From: Balanoglossus misakiensis
Lineage: Eukaryota; Animalia; Hemichordata
Direction: 5' to 3'
Assembly (NCBI GenBank): GCA_040954595.2
Contig: CM082597.2
Span: 2,650,165-2,714,164, forward strand
DNA: 64,000 nucleotides
In this document: one piece after another, positions 1-13,100 of the stretch
Layout: each line of letters begins with the position of its first letter
Position numbering within the stretch: the stretch's first letter is position 1
Program-made: the position numbers and the translations under genes
Notes under the pieces: model-generated
Databases searched by the model: none
What the model saw: the letters and a program-made list of their open reading frames with translations, nothing else
What the model was told of the DNA's origin: nothing

Positions 1-280
1 GTACACTAATTTAACAATATTCATACAACTTAGGTAATTAGCAACTTTAATGTTGAAAATAAGGAACATACTAAGTTACATATATAGTAAACTTGAACAA
101 ACGCAAGTATTTGAAATATCAGAACGTCTGTCGTGTAGGGGTTCTGAAACAAATCAAGATCTTGAAAGTAACTTAATTATATAGAAAATATCATAACTGA
201 CTTCAAATCTGGTACAATGTATAAAAGAATGAACATTTTGTTTTGTACATCTTAGAAAAGTCAAACATTTTCCACTAATG

Positions 281-502
281 CTATGATTGTGTTGGGACTT
301 CGTGTTTGAGTTTTTCTATTTCATGTCGCTCTCGTTCATGGCGTGCTTTGAGTTCTTCCAGCTTGGCCATGTCTTCTTCTAAGTGACTATACTTTGAAGG
401 GCTTCTCTGCATCTCAGGGCTGCCACCGGGCTGACCTTGACCTTGGTCTTGACCCCTGGCTTGAGGGACTGGCTTCTTGATCTTTCTGGAGTATTCAATT
501 GC
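281..502 (-). CDS. JHY: JHY-like protein, terminal coding exon (AIEYSRKIKKP...LEELKARHERERHEIEKLK...stop)
   Basis: Acceptor gaccag|GCA at 503/502, phase 0, TAG stop at 281-283. The peptide resembles the JHY/C11orf63 C-terminus as I recall it (ALEYAKxIPKP...LQxRHEREK). Confidence 0.85.
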   Translation of the reverse strand, partial: AIEYSRKIKKPVPQARGQDQGQGQPGGSPEMQRSPSKYSHLEEDMAKLEELKARHERERHEIEKLKHEVPTQS

Positions 503-1919
503 CTGGTCATACAAACATACCAGAATGGGTTTTTGTAATGAATGTTTGCAATACAGTGGAAGGTTTCATGCAATGTTTGAAGTGGCTATTATGTATCTTT
601 TTCTCCATCAAACAAGTTGATGACATGTGTAAGTTAGATCTCACGGTTCTGACTTGAGTGCTGGCTACTCATTTAATATTCATACTCAATTCATGTCTGT
701 TGCAAGTCATACCCATTCATCAGTGGATGGATGTTATCATTGTTACATCTATGATCTAGGTCCCATTGGTCAAGTAGTCAAAATATGTTGGATGAGTCAG
801 TTACATTGTTGAAGGTTAGTTGTATTGCTAGGTGAGTTAGTTACGTGGTATCAAGTGGCCACTTGTCATACGCTTGTAACTCTACTGAGTTCACATGGCT
901 GAACATACAGCAAAAAGGAATATGCAGTCTCCCTTGTCAGAGAGCACTACAGGTACAAGAAAAAGCAACCAGAAGCTGCAAAGCCTGGCTGGTACATTAT
1001 ACAAAGCAAAAAGAAAACACCACAGGATCAGGTGTACCAAAAATGACATGGGAATAGGAAAAGTTTAGTACATGTTCCAATGCAAAGTCAACACAAAGAA
1101 TTATTATTCTCGGATGATAGAGGACACTAAAAAGCCCAAAATGTGGAAACATTTCTTATCAGTTCATGTATGTAATTATGCAAACCACCTGCATGTTGCA
1201 ATGCCTGTACGGACAAAGATGAATTCAATAATATGTTCAGTGACTTGGATACCAAGAAGTTATCCTCCATGTTTGTTATTTTATTAGGACAGATTCTGTT
1301 CCGGAAACATTTGTAGAACCAAACTGAGTAAATTTTGAGGATGGACTATGTTGGCTTCATGTTTGAAAGACATTTCACAACAACACAAGACTGATTAACC
1401 AAGACATGGCATGTTAGACTGGAAGTGAAAAGACCCTAAATATGAACGATTTTTTTTTTTATCATAGGGTGATTTTTAATCATAGTTGTGGGTTTAGACT
1501 GTGCATATCTAAAATGTGATTGGGATTAGACTTTTTATTTATTAGTGGGACTGAATGTTTAGTGTGTATAATCTAGGGTAGACTTTTTTTACTTCTTTTT
1601 CTGTTGATTACAAGACAGACACTCTTGGCTCACATGACAACATACTGACATGAAAAAATGCAGAACACAATATGGATAGCATATATCATGCATTACTTTT
1701 ACGCAACACTCAAACACTGAAGCCAAAATATCCAGTCTCTGCATATCGTCTTACTACAGTGTCCACTAGCGTCCACTTTACATATTCTTTCTTTTTTTCC
1801 AGTCATTAACCCACACCGATACTCTAATGCTGAATAATAAGAAAGAATTTAGTAAAGTGGATTCTAGGGGACACGGTAGTTGAAAGACAAATTTTGTTCT
1901 GAAGAGAATGATAACTAAC

Positions 1920-2024
1920 CAATTCTCTAGGGGTTTTAATCTCATCCTGATCCGCAACAGGAGTTGAACTGGCAGAATAGTTCTTTACTTTGGGTTTAGG
2001 AACGTGTTTAGCATAAACCAAACT
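1920..2024 (-). CDS. JHY: Putative symmetric 105-nt exon of the JHY-like gene (SLVYAKHVPKPKVKNYSASSTPVADQDEIKTPREL)
   Basis: Acceptor tctttacag|AGT and donor TTG|gttagt, phase 0-0, 35 open codons. The peptide repeats the xLxYAKxxPKP motif of the JHY C-terminus. Confidence 0.6.
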
Positions 2025-3154
2025 CTGTAAAGAGGGATATCCACACACATTAATAATGGTCAGACAGTTGTTAAAAAACTTCACAAAGCAAAGACAGCAA
2101 ATGTATAACTCCAGCAAGAGGCTTTGATTATTTTCATGAAGTTTTGATCACAATAGGTATCTCTGAAACTACACAAGCATTCATAAAGCTCAGCTTACAA
2201 ACAGGGTAAGACAAAAGGATAAGCTAGCATGGATATAGCATGCACGCAAAACTGATGAGTAGATGTTGACTTTAAGAAATGTATGATTTTATACATTTAA
2301 GCTGACTGAAGTTTTATTAAGTTCTTCCTTCTGGTCTGAAAACTCAATCCTACATGTGACAACAGATTTGCTACCAACATAAGCTGCTTGGCATTCCAAC
2401 TGGACAGAAATCACATTTGCTTTTAATTATCACAGACATAAATACTTGTATAAACATGACCATATTACAGACTACATAGATAGCCAAAACAAATGATTCT
2501 GAGATCCAAAACTTAACTTGACTGAACAGAATGTTAGGACACAACACTTCAAGTAAGAATACAAAATTTCCGAAAAAGTCAGATTTCCCAAAATACAACA
2601 AACAGCAATTGCTTGTAAAGACACGTGAATTTGGTTTCACTTGAATCCAAAAAATTCAACTGATGATCATAACTTTTAACTTACCAAAACCTCTGTCCCT
2701 AGAAGTATAACTGGAATGCACAAGAATACAATTTTGGTCTAGCATTGTGGGCAAATTAAAGCAGTTTCAAATAATCTAACCTTTTTCAATCATTGAAATG
2801 CATATTTGGGGTACTCACAATCATATGCATTTCAGATCAGAAACTCACATGAAAATACCTCAAATTCTAAACCAAGATGAGTGTATAGTTCTAGTCTAAC
2901 AGAAATTTGTTGGCCTATGATAGACATGCATGAACTATGTGTTACAGTAATTAACAAAGTCTGGCAAAGTCTGACAATGAAAATCATATATTAGCAAGGG
3001 AAACACATGCTAGGGGAGAGATAGGGAGAAGTAGGGCACCAGGACACAGCAAAGCAAGAAGAGTCCCTGTAGAGACAGCTGCCCTGAGTTCAATTCTCCT
3101 TTACATGCTTCCATCAGGCAAGGTTATCAACTACATGTACACTGTATGACTTAC

Positions 3155-3298
3155 CACATGTCGCTTCGAATGGAGATCAGTCTGTTCAGATCCCTCCCCA
3201 GGCCTGGGTATTTTCCGGGGTTTCTGCTGAGTTAACGCACGCCTGTTCTGTTGAGCCACTTGTCTGGCATATTCACGACCCCTGTTCGCCTTCTCTTG
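3155..3298 (-). CDS. JHY: JHY-like protein, internal exon (QEKANRGREYARQVAQQN...SKRHV)
   Basis: Acceptor tttctcgtgcag|CAA, donor GTG|gtaagt, 144 nt, phase 0-0. EYARQV matches the JHY EYAKQV motif. Confidence 0.85.
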
Positions 3299-3581
3299 CT
3301 GCACGAGAAAAATAACAGAGTTTTTCACAAATGAGAAACAACAGATCGAGGGTAATATTAACCATACAAATACTGTGTAGAGTATCAGAAATCGATTATC
3401 AGAAATTGTCAAACGTACAATGTTTAGACAGAACAGCTCATTCTGTGTGACCCCTGTATATAAGGGTCAGCTTGGCACTACATGTATATGTATGTATGGT
3501 CACACCACAACAGCCAAATAACAAGCAAGCCAAGCTGTCAAATTGTATGCTCATGTACATGTATAACCGAACTGCCCTTAC

Positions 3582-3748
3582 CCTTTCTTGTACAATGTCA
3601 TGATCTGGTCCAAGTCCTCCAAGTCTCAGATCACTTTTCAAACTCCTGTAATCTTTCAGCGTGTACTGCTTATACTGTGGCGGACCTTTCTTCTTGTGCA
3701 TCATGGCAAGGTATCCACCTTCCTGACTTGCCCTGCTGGATCGGTCAT
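3582..3748 (-). CDS. JHY: JHY-like protein, internal exon containing YKQYTLKDYRSLKSDLRLGGLGPD
   Basis: Acceptor ttttttgcag|AT (phase 1, matching the upstream donor), donor AGG|gtaagg. YTLKDY...LGGLGPD is the JHY-domain signature as I recall it. Confidence 0.88.
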
Positions 3749-4176
3749 CTGCAAAAAAATCAAAGTCATGTCCACTCCATTGTATACTAGTAATTCACAG
3801 GTTTGAAGTGTACTACACTGCAGTTGCTTGCTTTGTTATATTTTACACTGATTTCCATTATAGCACTGAACAATGTAAATACTGTAGTGCGGGAAATTTT
3901 CACGACAGGGAATTTTCAAAAGCGGCAATCAAATTATGTTTTACTGCTTAGTAGAAAAATACAACTTTGTGTGTACAGGTACATGAAACTATTGTTCAGT
4001 ATAGCTGTCTCAATAACTCTAGCTGTAACTTAGCTTGTTTTATATTAAATGCGAGGATGTAAGATCATACAATGGTCCTGCAAACTGTTGATTTCAAATC
4101 AGCTGATACAAGTAAATACAGTTATACTGGAGATAGGAAGCAGGCCTACCATTTGCATGTGCATGTATGAACTTAC

Positions 4177-7100
4177 CTTTGTGGTCAATGTTTGGAAGCA
4201 CACCGTATGGGTTAACTGCATGTTGGTCCAGCGGATGAGTGTAAGATAGTCTCGGAGTTTCCTCATAAAATTCCTGCACATTGACTGCATTATTGTAGTC
4301 ATACTCCCTAGGGTCATATTGCCCGGGAGCTCGATACGTGTCATTGTCGTCGGAGTATCGTCTCGTATGCCCAGGCATTGCGTCTGCAGGAAACATGGGC
4401 TCACTGCTTTGCCGGGCATACCTATTGTAACTGGGATGCCCAAAGTTTTGCGGCGGAGGTTCCCTTATGTTGGGATTGATGTAAGGGTTCTCGTAGTTCC
4501 GGTAATGGTCAGGTCTGGGAGTCACTTGGACATCGATGTCCATGTCATCTCTCTCCATGTCCTGGCTCTGACCTAATCTTTTTATGTTCACATTAATGTC
4601 TAGGTTTACGTTTGGACGGTTTGTTCGCGGGGAGGGGTTTATTGGGACCATTTTCTGTTTGGGGCGTAATACTGTATCTGATTGAGTTCTTATCGGAAGG
4701 TTTCTTTGCTCCGACACAAGCTGTTTAGTCCACGGTTCGCTCACGCCCACCTTCTTGGAATTTCCTTGTTTGGATCCGGGCTGCTTGAACTTCTGTAAAC
4801 TCCGAGACCTCTGAGCCCACACTGATTCTGGATCAATGTCTTCAGAACTTTCGCGTGAGATGTTCGGGAGTGGTGCATTGGGGTTCAGTGGTGGGGTGAC
4901 CATCTTCTTCGCATGGAGTTCCGAGTACGTTTTCCGTGGAAGATCTCTCTTCACGTTGGACTTGTTCATGTCCACGAAGTTTGGAACTGGTTTGGCTGGA
5001 GATGGGGTCTTGTACTTCTTCGGACGGCTGCCCCTTCCATCCGGCTGTGATCTGTCGCTGGCACTTCCACCATGAGGCTCCGGAACTTCCGGAGCAACCT
5101 CGGCATAAGGTGGGAAAGGTGGTCTCTGATAGTCCTCATACACATCTTGTTGCGGCTGCTGGTAATTGTATCTTTGCTGATTAGGATGAGCTTGCCAGGG
5201 TTGAGGGGGAGTTTGTTGAGGCTGGATGGGCCCTGCACCCTGGTATGGTACTCTTTGTCCAAACTGTTCTTGTCTCTGTATTTGGTTGTATCTGGGGTCA
5301 TCGTAGCTGGGATGTCGTTGAGGTACCTGTTGATATCGTGGATCAATTGGTTGAGATGGTTGGGAGGGAGGGCCCTGTGGGCCAGGGCCGTAACCTTGAA
5401 ATTGGGGAGGGGATGTGTGTTGGTTTGGATAGAAGGGTTGTTGGTAGGGCTGATTTGGTTGGGAGAATGGTGGCTGTTGTTGGAAGTCGTTTGGTGGATA
5501 CGGCGGCCTGTATTGCTGTGGATCTTGATGCTGCTGATATGGTTGATACTGCTGCTGCTGGGGTTGTTGGAATTGCTGCTGTATAGGCTGTTGCTGGTAC
5601 TGCTGCAGTATGGGTTGCTCGTACTGCTGTGGTTGTTGTGGTTGGTACTGCTGGGGTGGAGGCGGTTGATGCTGAAACTGCTCAGGAGGCACCTGCCCCT
5701 GGTATCCCTGGGGAATCTGCCTCTGTTGGGGCGTCTGATAACCCTGTGAGCGTTGAGGGGTCTGTATGCCTTGTTGGGGTGGAGAAGCTTGATGCACTGG
5801 TGGCTGCTGTATATCTGCAACTGCTGTGACTTGAGATGATTGCTCTCGTGATGCAGGTATTCTCTGATTGTCCTCTGAGATTTGGTCCTTCGGGCTTTCT
5901 TCTGCAGGTGACCCTTTTGAAGATCGTCTGCCAGAGCCTGGTTTTGATGATCCACTGGTAGGTATGGCCTCACGCCTAGCGGATGATCCAGAGCCCTTCC
6001 TACTTGAGCTCTTCCTACTGCTGCTACCAGGTGTCTGAGCATCTTTGGCACCGCTGTATTTCCTCCTTGAGGACTCAACAGAGTTTGGGTGACTTGGAGG
6101 TTTCGGAAGACGAGATTTCAAGACAAACTGTCTTCTTTGCTCACTCAATGTCAGTGATTTTGCACTAGCCGTTTCATAAAGCGGTCGTCCCCGATTGTCA
6201 ACTGGACTTCCTTTCTCGTCCACAAAATGTTCTTCCTCATCGTCGCTTTCTTCAGAAATGTATTCCACTCTGACTTCCTCAGCTGGGTCATCAGGTGGCG
6301 GCACTGGTGCTGGTTTTTCCGGTGTCTTACTCTGCTCTCCATGTTTCAGAAAGCTCTGTTGATTTTGCTCCTTTATGTAACTCTGTCGCTTTGATGAATC
6401 TCCGCTCTTTGGCAAAGTTGATGAACCGAGACGGTTGTGCGAATGAGCAGAAAGACGTTTTGGCACACCAAAGAATTGATCGTCACCCTCGTCAAGACTA
6501 TCTTTCTGTTGATCATCTCTACCAGGAGTCGGTTGTTCTATGAACCTTTCATCTTCATCTCTGCGCGTATCTTTTGTACCTGCTTCCAAAGAATCTTCAG
6601 GCAAGGGATTGTTAGCACCAGTGTCTAAAGAATCTGCCATAATAGAAGCTCCAGGATCTCCATCTTCCTCTTCCTCTTCAATATCTCGCTGGGCCTCAGC
6701 TTCTGCCTTAGCTCTAGCAGCCGCCTCCTCTTCTTCCATTCTTCTTATATCATGCAAAGATTTTGCAAGGCGTTCCCTCAGTTCAGCTTGGTATTGTTCT
6801 TCCTCATCTAGACTGTCCACAGATTCATTGTCTTCTTCTTTCTGAGGCTGAATTGGGTTTCTGTAATCATCCTCCTCCTCCTCCTCATCATATTGCATTG
6901 GCTGGCCATACCCCTTTGGGCTTGTATTGGGAGAATTACCCAAACCTTTATCCACACTTGGTGGGTACCTTTCCATGTTTTCAAACTGTTGTCCGCCACT
7001 TCCACGCCTGTCCCCACTTCCGGCAGAACCCTGGCTTCGTATTCCGGGGGACGATTGCTGGGGAGGAGTACCCCTCACACCACTGCCTCTGCTTCCGGGA

Positions 7101-7612
7101 GGACGTAAACCATTTCCATATTTACTGCCTGGCGACCCAGACCGTTTACTGCCAGTACTTCTCCCTCCTCTACTTCCGGCAGAAGGCCCCCTAGGTGGTA
7201 GGCCATAGTCATTCCTTGCAGGAGAGCCATAGTTACTGCCACTTCCATTTTGAGAAATCGCAGGGCTTCTCCTTTGTGTTCCTGAGCCTGGATGGCTTAG
7301 CTGCCCACTTCCACGTCCACTACCTCTCGACAGTGGTGGCTCCTTGTTTTTGTTAGGATAGCTATCGTAAGGTTCATTTTGATTTGGACTAGCCTGATCA
7401 GTATCCATTTCTTCTGCTGTGTCATTCAACTGCATATTTGGATCTCTGTTTTCTTGTTCATAGGCATTTCCTCTATCACCCACAGGGCTATCATCTAGAG
7501 AATCTCGCGGTATATCTTGATCATCAACATCTTCAAAACGATGTGCAAATTTGGCATCCAAACTGTCCACTATCATGGGATCTCTGTCTTCATCATCGTA
7601 CTCGCCTGACAT
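4177..7612 (-). CDS. JHY: JHY-like protein, giant first coding exon (about 1145 codons of acidic, S/G/R-rich and Q/P/Y-rich low-complexity sequence)
   Basis: Long ORF; first ATG at 7612 follows an in-frame TGA at 7637-7639; donor AAAG|gtaagt at 4177/4176 (phase 1); acceptor ttctccccag at 7771/7770 gives a 5'UTR part. Spliced product about 1322 aa, or 1357 aa with the extra exon. Confidence 0.85.
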
Positions 7613-10600
7613 GTTGTTGTTCAAATCAAAGTTCCTTCATGTTGAGATTTTCACTGTTTGATGATGGGCTTCCAAAACAGATAGTGTTGATTCCTTTTTT
7701 CCGTCAAATGTAATTTGTCCAGTCAGATTGTATCTTCGACGTTCTATGTACAAGTTACCACATTATGCATCTGGGGAGAAACAACAAGGAAACATGAGAA
7801 ACTCATTGAAAGAAAATTTGCTTTGTAAGTTTCATACATGTATGGTTACCTTGGGCAAACTACAATTGAACAAACCGGTGCACTGCAATTTGTATATATT
7901 ATACAAGTACACCATTTCAAATGACGGTAGCAACAATAACCAATAGTTTACAAGATCTTGGCTCCATGCCTACAGTATATACAAGTTTCTTTGACCACAA
8001 GAACCTGATACACACAATGCTATGACGTTGCACATGTACACAACAGACCTATAGGCAAGTTACATTGTACAAGAAGGTCTGCCTTTTGTACTTCAGCCAA
8101 ATGGGACCAAAGACCTGGTACACAAAAACTGGTTTTATTTCACATACATCATTTTCGTGTTTATCCTTGGTGTATTATGTTATTCGGGATTTAACCTTCT
8201 GTCGCCCCTGAGGAGTGGAATGACCCATGTGTGAAAAGTATTTAAGTAGGCAGTAATTGGATTACAACACTACAATACAGGGGTGAAACACCAACAAGTG
8301 AAGTAATTTCCATGTCTACTATTGCCATTTTATGAATTTTTGCATACACCCAAGTCGAATTCTAATTAAATCAATGGTAGACATTAACTTTACATGCTTC
8401 AACTCAAAACCTACATTTTCATGTAATTCTATTTAAAGGTTGAAAAATACCAACATTTACAATACACTTGTAATATAATACTCCTGTAGCATTCCCAAGT
8501 AAACGCCAACTTATTAGGTTGACTTCAACATATTTGTCTCGGTTATCACAAGTTTATACCTGGATTTCCAGGCATGTAAAGTTACAATCTTAAGACAGGA
8601 ATTGTGATCACAGACCACAAGTAGAGTGAGTGTGATTTATTGACCAAGAAACTATTTACACTTCTTGCAATGTTTTTAGTTACAGCCAACAACAGAACAC
8701 TTAATGCTCAAAAAGGTCAGCAGAGTCTGTGTTTGTTCTGGTTTTACAAATGTCACTGATTTTGTAAAGTCACCTCACCTTAAAAGTCAACAAATTAATT
8801 TCAAGAATACAAGTAGTCACATATTGTTTATGGACTATTTATGCTTCACTGTGACACAGAAAAATGTGGTACCTACCTACCTACCTACCTACGTGAATAT
8901 ATTTAATAGCACGAGAGGAGGCTGTTCTCCGCATACCAGAAACTCTATCATCAACCTAACTTGACTTCATTGTTATTTATGTAGTGAATATTTATGAAGT
9001 CCAACACTTGATACAGGTGTTAAGGCTTGTGGATTGCCTTCCAAATCTAAGCTACACTGTACAGAACCTCAGAGTTTGCTCAGATACATACATGTAGATA
9101 TCATCGCCTTCAATGCTCTAATGGTAACAGGAAGACCTGTTTATACAGCGAGCCTCACACAGTTGTCTGCAACATGCTTTGTTTGCCTTGTTTGTGAATT
9201 TATGATACAAAAACTCATGATATAAAAAAATGAATAGTTGGCATTCCTTATGCACATGTAACAACGAAATTTATTTTATATTACTGTAATAATTTAATGC
9301 TTAAAAACTCCTAAATTGCAAAAAAGAAAAGAAAAAAAGATTGTTTTATTGACAAGATCTAATCCCAACATTTCATTTCCATATGACATGTAGTCACATT
9401 ATGTATACTCTTTCACCTGTGATACTTAACCCGTTCCAGGTTTACATGAAATTATGTAGGCAACAAATGAATTCTGTTCACTGTATCTGAGTAACAGCAT
9501 GGCTACCAGAGTGACTACATTGGAATCCAAGCATCAGCGTTTGGGATGACTTATGTCTTTATTGTTGAAAAGTCTTACACTAGCTTTAACTAGACAAGAT
9601 ACTACATACTACAGTACTACAATATATGTTTTTGGTTCTTTTTCAGTTGCTGCCCCAATTCTGTGGAATGAGCTGTCTTTCAATATTAAAAAGTTGGATT
9701 AATACAATTATTGTGTGTTTACAATCATGCAAATACGGTAAGATGAACAGACAACAAAATTCTAATTTGCTTGATAGATCTAGTTAACATCTTACATGGC
9801 AAAGAATACATAATATACTTGTAGGGAACACATATGCACTGGTCTTCATCATGTGCTTATATCTGTTTTACCGAAAAACACATGTTGGCAGTTGCTTAAA
9901 GTGGGTGTATTATTAACTATTAAGTGTTAATTGTAATGATTTTATCACGTCAAACACTAGAAAAATACAGCTATGAAACCCACGTATTTGATGACTATCT
10001 CAATAGTTAACTTTGTTTAACATTGGCCTACTTGTTCAAGACATTGGAACATATGACTGCCACTATCCAAACTTTCCGACGTGTTGCTAACACGAAGGAA
10101 TGCACGGGAAAACATAACACACGCCTCCCCCACAGTAGGTCGATATTGATTTTTGACTTGAAAAGTGAAGCGTCAATACTTTCAACAATGACAAGACACG
10201 TTCATTTGCAAAGTTGTCTTTTCTTTTCTTTTCAACAGGATCTGAATCACTAATGACTATGGAAGAATGGACTTGACAACGTGAAAATTAAAATATCGAC
10301 AAGGTTGGTAGATACCATACAACTTACAAGGCCACAAGGCCGGTATAATGTTTATATCTCTTAATTAATAATTCCAATTTTTACGAGGCTGTATTATGTC
10401 AGTAATAATACAAAAATAAGTTCTGGTGCTACAGTGAGTCAAAATCTGAAAATTACATGGCGTGATTTCACATTGGAAATGTGACAAGTCCCACGAAATA
10501 CAACATAACCCTTTGAGTTGTCCAGTGTTAGGACGTCCAGCGATTTGACGATGGAAATTTAATCTATTTTGTAACAACGATCGGCATTCAGACAATTATT

Positions 10601-10937
10601 TCGGACTTAGCGTAAGGTTTACCGTGGATCATACTGGTTTGATTCTTCCCTCAGAAGCCATACGTATTTTTATTGGAATTTTTATGCAGGTACTTAGAAC
10701 TGTAGGGCATGTACATTTCTCGGTAGACAGTCAACTCTGGTCGTGGTGATGGAGAGTCGATCGTCGACGTTTCTGTGTTTCAATTTAACGTCAGATGATT
10801 TGCTTTGGTGCGGAATAATGCCCTTGTATATATGCAGGTGTTACACAGGTTTCAAAACTCCCGATCTTCAAATTAACGTAAAATGACCCGACGTAGTGTT
10901 AGTCTATTACCTCAATAATTTATGTGCCCGTACTTAC

Positions 10938-11350
10938 CTTGCGACGAGGGTAAACGGTATCGCGATCGTTTTACCGCGATCGCGTAACAGAAATCGGGTT
11001 TACAGACAATCGACATATTCAGAAGTAATTGACAGTTGCTTCAGGATACTATCGAACGAGTTTCCTGTCCATTCCCGTTCAGTATCGACTCAAAATCTCC
11101 GTATCTTCCGACCACAACACAGACGAAATATCGCAAAATGGCGACATACACGAGCTATTTTTCCCAGCATGCGATGCGAGTTTGTTTCTCATTAGCATAT
11201 CGCCATGGTGATACCCTGCGTGTTCAGAGTATGTAGACGCTGAACGCGAAACCATAGACGCCGTGGCATGGCGACTTCAAAAGCTGCCAAAGTAAATGTT
11301 TAAGGTCTTTGGAAATAATTGCAATGGCGATATAGTGGCGACCTTTAATC
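10938..11350 (-). promoter_or_regulatory. Probable non-coding first exon and CpG-rich promoter of the JHY-like gene, with RFX X-box-like motifs
   Basis: Donor AAG|gtaagt at 10938/10937; sharp rise in CpG density; X-box-like ATCGCCATGGTGAT (~11199-11212), GTGGCATGGCGAC (~11263-11275) and ATTGCAATGGCGAT (~11318-11331). Confidence 0.55.
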
Positions 11351-13100
11351 AAGAAGTTTCCAGAAAGAGAAAAAGAGGCAACTGACAGTATTTAGACGTC
11401 AACTGGTGGCCTCGGAAACCTAAAAAAATTTACGCGCACCAGCCACTGCGGAGGACAACACGCTAAAATTTCCCAGGGTATTTAACAAGGTTATTCGACC
11501 GTGTCATTTGTGCGCAGTTGACGGTAAAATTAAGCTTCCAGAAACGTGCAGACGACGATACTTCTTTACTCTGAAATATAGCTAATGATTTTGCCTCCAA
11601 CCAATTTTTGACGCCTGTCTAAACGACTATTAATGCAGACTGAAAATGTAGGCCTATTCTAAGAATAGTCTGAGGTCGATAGCACCTTTTGTCGGGTAGA
11701 ATTGACTGTAAGCTCATACAACGAAGTGTGTGGTAAAGTGGTTTTAAGCAGCTTAAATATAAAAGTTTTTCAATTGACTCATTTCAAAGTGGCTGAATAG
11801 AATATTATATTTTTGGATAATGTTTTCCCAGCTGACAATCAATTTAGAATATGCGATACTAATCATCCAAGACACATAAACCAAAAAAGTGGCAAACATA
11901 CTCTAGTTTTTATTACCGTACATTATGAACAGATGCAACTCCAATACATGACAATAACGTTCATATTCATCAAAAACACGAGATTTGGAACATGATTGAT
12001 CAATAATACTGCAACACTATGAAACAAAAACTATTATACATAATGCTGAAAGGCAAAAGTGAAAGACGAATAACTTAAAATATTCTGGAATACAACTCTC
12101 AACTAACATGGAAAGACATGATTTCTTAGAGAGAAATATTGGTCATTTACTTTTAAATAGGCATGGTGTCCATACAATTTTATTTGATCTTTCAATTTAA
12201 TTTCTTTTGATTGAGACACGAATGAAAATAATGTAATCTAATTTATACGTGATTTTTTAACCTTGTCAAAATTTCACTTCAAAGTTCAAAGACAAATTCA
12301 AGTTGACACACACACATTTCGTGGACTCAAGTATCACATGCCATGAAAATTTCAATCTAGAAAATTATATATTCGAAGATTTCTGGGTAAATATATGTAT
12401 AAAATAATTATTTTCTCTTTCTATCTTTCTAATATAAATATCATAAGATATCTAAGAAACACAGTATAAGGACATGCATGACAATAACTTTGAGTAAACT
12501 TAACTTGACTAGTTTCAGTCGTACAGTCAAAAACAGTACATTTTTAAATTGTGGGATGAATTTACAAAATTGCTTTATACATTGGCAGATAATGTATGAA
12601 AGAAAAAAATATAATAAAGGTGTACATTTAATTATTACCAGAAGAAAAGGGCAGTAGTTTTTACTACTAATGAATAATAGAATAGTGGACATTTCTAAGC
12701 ATAGTGCGCCCTCTACATCAACGCCCTCTAGAGTTTACGAACACATAGCGCTCAAGATAACACAATAATAATCACACTGAGACCTCACTTATAGCAGAGA
12801 CCCTGGAAAGGGACCTGCTTTATTGTATGAAGCACACACGACAGGCGAATGTTGAATAATATTTTACTTCAGGATAATATACTTATTTACATGTTTGACT
12901 ATGTGTCGGTTCTATATGCTGGGAAATAACTGGACCAAGTGTGAGGTCAACACACATCAATATGTGACCCTGTGTGAGGTCACTGACTTGTTGTTATTTA
13001 CTTTTTGAATGATCTGTGATTCACACACCGAGCAATCAGTCAATAAACAGAAATGTCAGACCTCCTGTACAATGATTTGGATGTTGATCTTGCGAACGCT

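Noticed and set aside
4966-6078. 370-aa alternative-frame ORF and 225-aa antisense Leu-rich ORF inside the JHY exon
   Set aside because: These are expected shadows of Q/P-rich low-complexity codons, with no domain features.
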